This document shows positions 11,591 through 21,014 of a stretch of DNA of 36,312 nucleotides, piece after piece; the first letter of the stretch is position 1; each line of letters starts with the position of its first letter. The DNA comes from Guillardia theta CCMP2712 (taxonomy: Eukaryota > Protista > Cryptophyta). The notes under the pieces are model-generated. The model ran no database searches, had not been told where the DNA came from, and saw only the letters and a program-made list of their open reading frames with translations. The position numbers were made by a program, and so were the translations under genes. The stretch is taken from contig NW_005434547.1 in NCBI RefSeq assembly GCF_000315625.1, positions 156,571-192,882 on the forward strand, in the 5' to 3' direction.

Positions 11591-12338
11591 CTGATTGTAT
11601 ATTTGGGGTGTTCGAGAAGGGGGGGGTGGTAGAAACGGATCTGGTGAACGTTCAGCGCAGTACTTCGAGGGGGTAGTCATTATTTACTGACCGCTCAAGG
11701 GGGGTACCTCCCCTTTACAAAGCACTCATGGGGTAGGGTGGAATAGTTCTAGTTATTTCCTAGGACACATCCTAGACCAGCGTCATAGAACCCCAGAACG
11801 CTTGGAAGGTTCACCCTACCTATATCCTACGTACCACCCCCGTGTACCACTACCCGTGAGCCTCCTGGGGGTCCTGTTGTGTATGTGTAGCAATTAGTCA
11901 AAAGACCCGTGGTCTAGAATGAAACTTACAACCCTACCCCCATACAAACTCCATCCTACCCCTTGGTTTGCCGCTCAGCTCTCTTCACCCCCTTTCCAGA
12001 AATCCAAAGAGTACACTACCCGTGGTGTTAGATACCCACCTACCCATCTGACTGGCATTGTGGCCATTTGGAGAATTGAATTCAACAGCTCTGAAATATT
12101 TCATCATTCATGTATTTTTATTTTGCACTTGAAGCCTACCAAATATTTAAATTTCATCACTATTTTTCGAGGCCTCCCAATTTCCAGAATATCTTTGGAA
12201 CCCTCACCACCACAATTGGAGCAGATCGGAATCTTCTATCTGAGATTTCCAGGTGGGGTCATCACCCCCACCCCCTTCATGCCACCCAAGCTTTCATCTC
12301 CTCATGAGCGCCATGTTAGAGGGACGGGAACAGAATGC

Positions 12339-13133
12339 ATGCCGACACAAGTAGTGGCAGAGAAGGATGCGTTTGCTGAGGAGAAACAGGGAAGGCATGA
12401 GGATATGAGCATATCTTTCCTTCCCCTCTCATGCTCTCTGATGCCAGCTTGATGGACTGGTCTCATGATGTGTGTTTTCGAGTGATTTTCGACTCAAAAT
12501 TGACTGTCTGGTTCTTGCATTCATGCACTGCTTGCCACACGTGACCTGAAATAGCACGTTGATCTCCTACAGCAAAAATTCATTGCGGCAGGATATGTAG
12601 CTGATCGTCTTGCTCCGGCTGTAGCTCTCCATGGTTGATCCCCTTGCAAGTCTTCATGTAGACTGCAAATGATATTTTTCTATGTTTTGTGCTTCTGCCT
12701 CTGATTCGATGCACAACCTGTGCTATCGTCTAGAGGCACTGCACTTGTATGGAACCTTGAGGTCTTTCTGTTTCTGTTCCAATTATTGAATCGCGCCTGT
12801 TGCGAGCCTGTCGTGGTATCTTGCCGTGAAATGCATGTTTGTTGCCTGTCCTTGCAGTCAAAGACACGCTCAGCTGCATTTTTCAATTAGTTTCGTGCAG
12901 AAGATGAGAAAGATCGACGTTCCAGATCAGTTAGCTACGGTTCTCACCAAATTCTTGTGTACCGCACACTGAGCATTCCTTGGCAATTGCCAGTGCGTTT
13001 TCTGTGGATAGAGGATTGCTGAATCGTCTTGACTCGCATTTCTAGGAAATTCAACTTCATCTGTGCTAAAGAATTGACAAGGGGCATCATATATGACGAT
13101 GGCAGCGGTTTCTCAGTCCAGTACAAACCCTGA
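12339..13133 (+). CDS. Uncharacterised multi-exon gene, or an N-terminal extension of the Aha1-N gene
   Basis: Splice-site-bounded fragments MPTQVVAEKDAFAEEKQG, LMDWSHD, QKFIAAGY, KMRKIDVPDQLATVLTKF. Full phase chain not resolved. Confidence 0.3.
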
Positions 13134-14259
13134 GGACACGAGCGAGGGCAACGCAAACGTGAGCAGTGCATGCCATGGCTCCTTGCGATGCAGCGCGTGT
13201 TTGATAGCTGTGCTTACTGTCTTTATCCCTCATGCTATTTCCGACGGTCTAAGGAGATTCACAGGCTCGCCCTCTGGCCGAGAAGTCGTCATATTACTAT
13301 GCCCACAATCAGGTGGAGTAAAGGAGACCAGGACGTGGGATGAAACTAATGGAGAGCTCAGGTCCGGTCAGACTCCCCAAAGACTTTGGTGGGCGCCACG
13401 GAGATCTACAATCATAAGGCACTGGATGCAGAACAGGTTCAAAAGACGCCATCAACACTAAGGAAACACCTGATGCGAGTTTGCTTCAGGTAGCAGAACT
13501 GGAAAGGCAGGCTAGTCAAACGCTAGAGTCGGGTAAGGGCACGACCCTCTCGCTGCTCTTCCTCTCCGGTGACTCGGAGCTTGCAGGGCACAGCTCATGG
13601 AACAAGGGAGGGACATGGGAGGAGAAGGATTACACCAAGTGGGCAGAGCAGAGACTGAAGGAGCTTCTTCCAAAGATTGCATCCCCCAAGGGCCTCGTAA
13701 CCTTCAAGGAGGTCGATTGGAATTTATGTCTGTCTTCCCTCGTCCGTCCTCACATTGAGAGTGCAGGTGTCGAGTATAGACGATTGCCATGCAGCCAACG
13801 TTTTCTCCCGTGGGAAGAAAAAGTCGGTCATCGAGATCGAAAAGATCAAGTTGGGCTGGAAGGTGGAAGGGGGGGAGGCCAAAGGGAAGTTGGAGATTAC
13901 AGAGGTCAGAGCGGTACAGTAACTGGCTGCGGCTCTTGCTTACGGTGTGGCAGGTGTCATCAAGCGCTCTGAGCGAGCTGCACCTATCTGTGAAAGTGGA
14001 CAAGGCAGGAAACAATCAAGCCGAGATTGATGCTGATCTCAAGGTCATTTCATTGCATCTCTCCTCCCTCATCCAGTGCAGTGTTCCATTGCCTTGTATC
14101 GTCATTTTGCAAGCAAAGCTTGTTTTTGTACTCCTACACCTCCTGTTTGTTACAGTTTCTTGTCCTGCCTCCTGCTCCATCTGACTTTCTCATCAGGCTT
14201 GCAAACCCGCCATTCTCGACGTCATCAATGCGATTGTCGAGGAGCTGGCCTCGAAGTAG
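13093..14259 (+). CDS. Activator of Hsp90 ATPase N-terminal (Aha1_N) domain protein
   Basis: SSYYYAHNQ; SSWNKGGTWEEKDYTKWAEQRLKELL; HAANVFSRGKKK..KLGWKVEGGEAKGKLEITEVSS; ends ACKPAILDVINAIVEELASK* (TAG 14257-14259). Start uncertain. Confidence 0.85.
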
Positions 14260-14394
14260 CTCCGAAACTCGAAGGAGTACAACTATCTGGTGCTCTGCTG
14301 GTATTGTTCAAGAGCCATCCCGGTTATGTTCGGCTGGCGCGAAGCCCGGACTTGCTGCTTCCTCGAGTTTAGTTTTGAATATGGGAGTTGCCTG

Positions 14395-15823
14395 ATCACT
14401 GAATGAAACAAGATTTGAAGATGGGAGGTGCCATCGAGACTTGAAGCCCTTGGACGCTACGATAGTAGAAACAAGCTCGAACGACTTCAGATTAACCTCT
14501 TGATCTCCTCGTGCACTGACCGCTCGTACTGAGGGCACCACTTTCTCTGGAATCAGCGTCAGCAAGAGGGGTTGGCAGCTAATGATAGCACCCGCACTCC
14601 CACTGACATCTTCTTGCACCATTCCTTCCAGAGATGTCCGTTCTCCTGCGGCCCATCATCCTCATGCCAGGGACTCTCTCACCTCGTCACAACACCTTCT
14701 CCTCGGCATGGATCCACTCTTTCTTGGGCTTCATGTGCTCTCTGCTCGCCTTGTGGTGTGCATAGTACTGGACATACGTCATGATCGATTGCTGAGACAA
14801 CAGCATAACGGCAGGCACCGGTTGCAAGGCAGGACGGAGGTGATTCATGGATTGAAGTGAGGGACCTAGTATGCTGTCAAGACTGTGTCACTCACAGCAG
14901 GCTTCTCTCCGCACCTGCTTCATGCCCCCGCATCCTGTCCATTCCTGGATGTGTCAAGCTGTATGCTGTTGTCCCAGGCTCGGAGGTAGCTTTAGGCACA
15001 CCAAGTTGTTGAAGTTTCAGCTCCTATCACCTTAATTGGAACGTATCCTGACGCGAGCTGTACATACATAACATACTGCCCATGTCGTGAGCATCACAAC
15101 AATTCTCTGCGTCGCGCACACTCACCCCCGAGCCCACGCACACGATAACCAGCACAAGGCAAAGGCACATCATGCGGGGAAGAATCGATCGAACAGAACT
15201 GAAGAGCAAAGGGTGAGGAGTGTTGGGAGCAATTGAACTAGTTCACGTCCGAAGAGCCGGCTTCTTGTACAGAGGGTGGTCCACCAATTTGACCCCTCCA
15301 GCTCGCTCATACGCTTCTTTACTGCGAGCACAAGCACGTGAACATGAAGCTGAGCAGGCGCAATCATGTCACCTCTCCTTGGAATCCAACGCTCCATAAT
15401 CACTTTTCTTCTTCTCCATCCTGCCACGAAGTTGCTGATCGCGCTGCTCCTGAAGTCAGAATCAGGTACTTTCCTCGTCATACTGTGATACGGACTACTC
15501 ATTTTGATATTCTCTATGGAGTATTCCGTCGTACCTCCAATCACATCTCGCCCCAGCCTACTTCGACCTTACATGCACTTTCCATCAACCCTCTAGCGGA
15601 TATCATCCATCTCTCGTAGCATTTCACTTCCTAGCTCCTCCTCCTCCTCCTCCTCCTCCTCCTCCTCCTCCTCCTCCTCCTCCTCCTCCTCCTCCTCCTC
15701 CTCCTCCTCCTCCTCCTCCTCCTCCTCCTCCTACATCACCACAATCATCTCCCCTTCCTCCTCCTTCCATCTTCTCTCTCACCTACTTCGGTTGGACCGT
15801 AGCACAACCCATGCAGCGCTGCA
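14395..15823 (-). CDS. Uncharacterised multi-exon gene with one hydrophobic segment
   Basis: Minus-strand GT-AG-bounded exons EQRDQQLRGRMEKKKSDYGALDSKES|KEAYERAGG.., SILPRMMCLCLVLVIVCVGSG|LASGYVPIK, QSIMTYVQYYAHHK..EEK|ENGHLWKEW. Both ends are uncertain. Confidence 0.45.
15635..15732. repeat. Pure (CCT)n microsatellite, ~100 bp, intronic
   Basis: Directly visible. Confidence 0.97.
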
Positions 15824-15879
15824 TTCTGTGCCAAGAGCCTGACGGAGAGCCACGGGAGAGCCAGCGATCCTGGCGATTA

Positions 15880-16860
15880 CTCAAGGCCGGGCCGGCCCGG
15901 GGCGGGCCCGGGCCCCGGGCGGACCCGGCGGCCCTCCGACTCACCGTGCCGTCACAGTGTGACCGTACCGTGGCACGGGCCGGGCCGCAGTGGCCGCGCC
16001 GGGCACCGTGACCGCCGGGGCAGTGTACGGTCGCCTGGGCCGCGCCCGGGCCGGGCCGACTCGCCCGGGCCGGCCGGGCGCCGTGACGCGGCCGCGGGCC
16101 CCGGTACGCCGATCTCGGACGAGAGACGGGGCCGTCACGTTCCGGGCCCGGGGGCCGCCCCCCCCGGCCGCGGGCCGGCCCGGCCGCCCGGGCAGTCCGA
16201 ACTGTGACTTCGGAACTTGCTCAAAGTCGGACTCCCGTCATCATGATGATGGCATGTCAGTGATCGGAAGTTGGCCCGTGGGGTGTGACTCACAGGCTGA
16301 GTCACGGTGCCCGACGTCGGACTCCGGGAGTCGCCAGTGGCCGGGCCGTCACGGTCACTCACGGTGGCACAGGCTCATCACTGAGTCCGCCGGGTGGCCT
16401 CATCGGCGCGCCGGGCGCCGGGGCGCGGCCCGCGGTGGCGGCGGCGCCGCCCGGGCCGGGCGGCGCTCAGTCCGATCATCATAGTAGGGCGCCGGTCAAC
16501 TTGGCAAGCTGAGCCGCCCGGCCGCGCTTCCGTTAAGTTCCGATTGAAGTGCCAATCTTGAATCATATCACCGAGTCCGGCGTGAGACATATGTCATGAT
16601 GATCAGTGCCCCCCGGGCCGCGCCCGCCGGACCCACTGCCACTGAGGCCCGGGGCCATACTATACCCGGTACACCGTCGTCGCCGTGCACCGTACTGTAC
16701 TCGCCCGGTGCCTCCCGGAGTCCGGCGCCGAACTGACTCACCGGTGGCACAACGGGCCGCCCCCACGAGCGGTCCGACCTTGTGACCTTTTTCTGAGTAA
16801 AAAGCCCCCTTCCATGCCTGACGGGGGCCTCCAGCGGCTCGTCGATTTCCTATGTCCCGA
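15880..16860. other. GC-rich palindromic-word island 2 (non-coding)
   Basis: Same vocabulary as island 1 (CCGG, GGCC, GTCAC/GTGAC, GACTC/GAGTC, CCGATC, GTAC). ORFs here are low-complexity G/P/R/A. Confidence 0.8.
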
Positions 16861-17141
16861 CTTAAGTCAATCTCGCTGAGCTTCGTCCACTGATGAGACA
16901 CGTTTCCCTGAACTTCTCACCGTCTCCAAGAACTTATCAGGGTTCCGAAGTTCTACACAACTGAGATCGTACGAGATCTCAGTTTGAGATTGTAGGGAAA
17001 TCGTTCGAGCTTGCGACCCTACTGCGAAACGATGCAGAAACCCTCTCCGCAGCAGCGAGTCTCATGAGACGACAGCTAGAAGAAGAAATCAGCTTGTGAG
17101 AAAGACATCACATAGATATCAGTAACACTTCTAGATCCAGC

Positions 17142-18278
17142 ATGCAAATCATCATCGTCAACAATGCGCAGATGCTCGCAAACTCTTCAACAGCATCGGC
17201 AACAAGCACCAATACAAACATCCGCAGAAAAGCTCTCACCCCCGCACTCGCCGCCGACATCTTCTCACAGAGGTCCCTCAAGCCCGGCTATGCTACCGTC
17301 GAGAGCTCCTTCGTCGCAAGGAAGTACGGGGTCAGCTCCAAGACAGTCCGCGACATCTGGAGCCGCAGGACGTGGACCGAGGCAACTCGGCCGCTGTGGA
17401 CGGCAGACGAGATAGAGTCTACAGGGACAGAGCCAGCGACACGCCTCGGCAGCATGGACGGGGGCTCGAGCGGCTCCTCTTCTCCGAAGGACTGCAAGGC
17501 AGAGAGGGGCGAGGACGGCAGCAAGCAAGCGACAGGCTCGCGGAGCTCGGAGACGAGCGCAAGAGGCTCGAGCAAGGGGTCCATGGAGACGAGCAGCGGC
17601 ACATCTTCCTGCACGCGCCGACTTGAAGCCGACGACTCACCGCCCGAGGGCTCGAGCAGCCCGGGCTCGGGCTTGGAGCCTCAGGCCTCGACGTCGTCGT
17701 GCTCGTCTTCGGCAGGGTGCAGAGAGAAGAGGCATCGTTACACGGCCAAGAGAAACAAGACCGTGAGTCAGGAGACGGAGGAGGCATATCAGGGCAGCGA
17801 AGAAGCAGCGTCAGGCAGCAGCAACGAACTCAAGGAGCCTTCGTCAGACTCAGAATCGAGCAAGAGCTGCCCATCCCCCTCGTTGGCAGGAGGGAAGCGT
17901 AGAGCAAGCCGAAGGGATGGAGATCAGAAGAAGGAGGCCCAAGGAGAGTCCCGGAAGCGTCTACGGAGAGCATGCACACGGGAGGGAAAAGAGTCGCTGG
18001 TAGACATGCTTCTGTCCCAGCGGATGACAGGGCGGCAAGAAGCGGGCTGTGGGATGGAGCCAGCCAATGGGAGGCGCATGGAAGGGGCGAGGGCGGAGAG
18101 CCCATGTAAGAAAGAAGAGGAGAATGACTGTGGAGGAGAAGGAGCAGCAGCAGAGATCTTGGGGCTGCTGAGACGGCTGACAAAGCAGCAGGACGAGATC
18201 CTGGAGCTGCAGCAGGTTATGCTGGACAACTTATACCGATCGTTGCGTGGTTTTTTGGTACCCTGCCGACCTCTTTGA
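17142..18278 (+). CDS. Intronless putative transcription factor with N-terminal helix-turn-helix (copy A)
   Basis: 378 aa ORF. LTPALAADIF..SSFVARKYGVSSKTVRDIWSRRTWTEATRPLW is an HTH (CENP-B-N/psq-like pattern), followed by a Ser-rich disordered region, basic NLS-like clusters and a C-terminal coiled coil. Confidence 0.85.
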   Translation: MQIIIVNNAQMLANSSTASATSTNTNIRRKALTPALAADIFSQRSLKPGYATVESSFVARKYGVSSKTVRDIWSRRTWTEATRPLWTADEIESTGTEPATRLGSMDGGSSGSSSPKDCKAERGEDGSKQATGSRSSETSARGSSKGSMETSSGTSSCTRRLEADDSPPEGSSSPGSGLEPQASTSSCSSSAGCREKRHRYTAKRNKTVSQETEEAYQGSEEAASGSSNELKEPSSDSESSKSCPSPSLAGGKRRASRRDGDQKKEAQGESRKRLRRACTREGKESLVDMLLSQRMTGRQEAGCGMEPANGRRMEGARAESPCKKEEENDCGGEGAAAEILGLLRRLTKQQDEILELQQVMLDNLYRSLRGFLVPCRPL

Positions 18279-19788
18279 TACTTTTGGACTTAGCGGTTCT
18301 GTTGTTGCTTCTTGTTTTTTGATATAAGTTTGATTTCTTGCGTCGTGACAGATTTACATTTTTCTACTTACTTGCCATCAAAGATGTTTACAACTCAAGT
18401 GAAATTAGATATACGCATACATTCAATCCATTTCCTTTCTGTTTATCGTAAGCTCGTCCCTACAGATTACTACCTTCGTTTATTGTTTTGCCCTCACAAC
18501 AAGCTGTAACTATATGAATGGCCTTTCTGAGATTATCCTTCATATTCTTCTTTCTTGCTTAAAAGCAACCACACCCCAAAGATCCCGACATTCGGGATTT
18601 TCAAGCCTGAGAACATGCCTCTTCATAGGCCCTACGATCAACCTTTACATCTCTGCAAAAAGCTCTTCTGAAAAAAGATCTTGACTGCGACCCACGTCCA
18701 GAAAATAGTTGATTCCACCAATCCGTTCAGCTTTGACGTATTCAAGCTAATGCTCGCCAAGATCGGTATAAGTTTTCCAGCATAACCTGCTGCAGCTCCA
18801 GGATCTCGTCCTGCTGCTTTGTCAGCCGTCTCAGCAGCCCCAAGATCTCTGCTGCTGCTCCTTCTCCTCCACAGTCATTCTCCTCTTCTTTCTTACATGG
18901 GCTCTCCGCCCTCGCCCCTTCCATGCGCCTCCCATTGGCTGGCTCCATCCCACAGCCCGCTTCTTGCCGCCCTGTCATCCGCTGGGACAGAAGCATGTCT
19001 ACCAGCGACTCTTTTCCCTCCCGTGTGCATGCTCTCCGTAGACGCTTCCGGGACTCTCCTTGGGCCTCCTTCTTCTGATCTCCATCCCTTCGGCTTGCTC
19101 TACGCTTCCCTCCTGCCAACGAGGGGGATGGGCAGCTCTTGCTCGATTCTGAGTCTGACGAAGGCTCCTTGAGTTCGTTGCTGCTGCCTGACGCTGCTTC
19201 TTCGCTGCCCTGATATGCCTCCTCCGTCTCCTGACTCACGGTCTTGTTTCTCTTGGCCGTGTAACGATGCCTCTTCTCTCTGCACCCTGCCGAAGACGAG
19301 CACGACGACGTCGAGGCCTGAGGCTCCAAGCCCGAGCCCGGGCTGCTCGAGCCCTCGGGCGGTGAGTCGTCGGCTTCAAGTCGGCGCGTGCAGGAAGATG
19401 TGCCGCTGCTCGTCTCCATGGACCCCTTGCTCGAGCCTCTTGCGCTCGTCTCCGAGCTCCGCGAGCCTGTCGCTTGCTTGCTGCCGTCCTCGCCCCTCTC
19501 TGCCTTGCAGTCCTTCGGAGAAGAGGAGCCGCTCGAGCCCCCGTCCATGCTGCCGAGGCGTGTCGCTGGCTCTGTCCCTGTAGACTCTATCTCGTCTGCC
19601 GTCCACAGCGGCCGAGTTGCCTCGGTCCACGTCCTGCGGCTCCAGATGTCGCGGATTGTCTTGGAGCTGACCCCGTACTTCTTTGCGACGAAGGAGCTCT
19701 CGACGGTAGCATAGCCGGGCTTGAGGGACCTCTGTGAGAAGATGTCGGCGGCGAGTGCGGGGGTGAGAGCTTTCTTGCGGATGTTCGT
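17214..19788. repeat. ~1.03 kb inverted repeat (arms 17214-18241 and 18761-19788, ~520 bp spacer)
   Basis: The arms are reverse complements. Mismatches were seen only near the arm ends. Confidence 0.95.
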
Positions 19789-19812
19789 TTGAGCATTTCC
19801 TTTATCCTGCAT
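18742..19812 (-). CDS. Intronless putative HTH transcription factor (copy B, inverted paralog)
   Basis: 356 aa ORF. Identical to copy A except at the termini and R/K, V/I, D/E changes near the ends. Confidence 0.85.
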   Translation of the reverse strand: MQDKGNAQTNIRKKALTPALAADIFSQRSLKPGYATVESSFVAKKYGVSSKTIRDIWSRRTWTEATRPLWTADEIESTGTEPATRLGSMDGGSSGSSSPKDCKAERGEDGSKQATGSRSSETSARGSSKGSMETSSGTSSCTRRLEADDSPPEGSSSPGSGLEPQASTSSCSSSAGCREKRHRYTAKRNKTVSQETEEAYQGSEEAASGSSNELKEPSSDSESSKSCPSPSLAGGKRRASRRDGDQKKEAQGESRKRLRRACTREGKESLVDMLLSQRMTGRQEAGCGMEPANGRRMEGARAESPCKKEEENDCGGEGAAAEILGLLRRLTKQQDEILELQQVMLENLYRSWRALA

Positions 19813-21014
19813 CTTGCAAGGATTCCTTGCTGTGTCGTATCTTGACCTGTTACCTGGTGTGTTCGTCTCCTTGACAAATTTTCTGTAGAGTACGTTATCT
19901 GCTCTTCTGCTTGTTGGTATGCTTGCTTTCCTCTAGAGTGCTACTGTCTTGGTTGTTGTCCATCCCCTCTCCGCAGCGTGCATCCTCAAATCTCGCGTAA
20001 AATGTTTTGTAGACTGCAGTGAGGTGTTTGATCGATATCCATGCGGTGGGGTCCTGGTAATCCACCCCACCTGAGAAGTTTAAACAAGTGTGCATATGTC
20101 AAGGGTGGGGTATACTTTACCAAGGGTGGGGTAATTTTCAAAAAGGGGTAGTCTTATCCATAGGTGATGACTTTTTCAGAGTAGCTTCGCCTACAAACTA
20201 GGGAGCTAGAGGGCATACAGCAAATTTCAGTCTTTTACAGGGGGTACTGACAGAATGAAGGCGGTAGGGGTAGGTCATTAAAATTGTATCGGGGGTGGTT
20301 CTACATGGAGGGGTGATTAGCAGTCTGAAATCACCTCTAAATACGGAGGTGGTCAAGGGGGGTAGTCAGGATTCTGAGGAGGCACAATGGACATGCGGGG
20401 CGGAAGGGGGGAAGTGCGAAGTGAAGGAGGAGGGGAGGAAGTAGAAGTACGGTGAGCAGTGGGATCAGGGAGTTCAGTTGAAAACTTAGGTTATACAGGA
20501 ACAGGAGCAGGAGCAAGGGGGAGGCTAGAGCTATCAGGAGAAGCAGACAAGCGACAACTGAACAAAGGAAGCAGAATTTGCAGCACATTACCTCAGAGCC
20601 GTTTCATGGTACGATGACTAGCTCTCGTCATGAGCTAGCACTTGACAGAGTTTCGGGTAAATTTTGTCAAGACCTGCGTTGCGAGCTTGAAAAACTGCAG
20701 AGGGAAAGAGAGGAAGAGTGGCATGTGAAATGCAAGCTGCGTTGAAAAGAACACTGTATGACAAGAATCAGAGAGGTCAATAGTGTTTCATGTTCTTTAG
20801 ATTGACGTAGCCGATAGTTGACTCCTCCTGATGGATGAATAAACCCTATTCCTGTCTGGGAATGGAAGGAATTTGAGGATTGAGATTCGGGAAGAAAGTA
20901 AGGTTCGGAAAGTATTTGACAGCAAGCAAGGAATGGAAGTTTTCATTCTCAAATCATTACAGAACTTCTGCCTTGGGGCGTTTTCATCTCAATGAATCTT
21001 AGAGCAGGACAAGA

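Noticed and set aside
15811-16901. G/P/R/A-rich ORFs in island 2 (likewise islands 1 and 3)
   Set aside because: Stop-poor GC-rich DNA gives ORFs in all frames; no domain or splice support.
16882-16910. CTGATGAG resembling a hammerhead ribozyme core or snoRNA C box
   Set aside because: No correctly placed GAAA and stems I-III, and no convincing C/D terminal stem.
17214-19788. Inverted repeat as transposon TIRs
   Set aside because: The arms are the coding sequences themselves; no transposase in the spacer and no target-site duplication seen.
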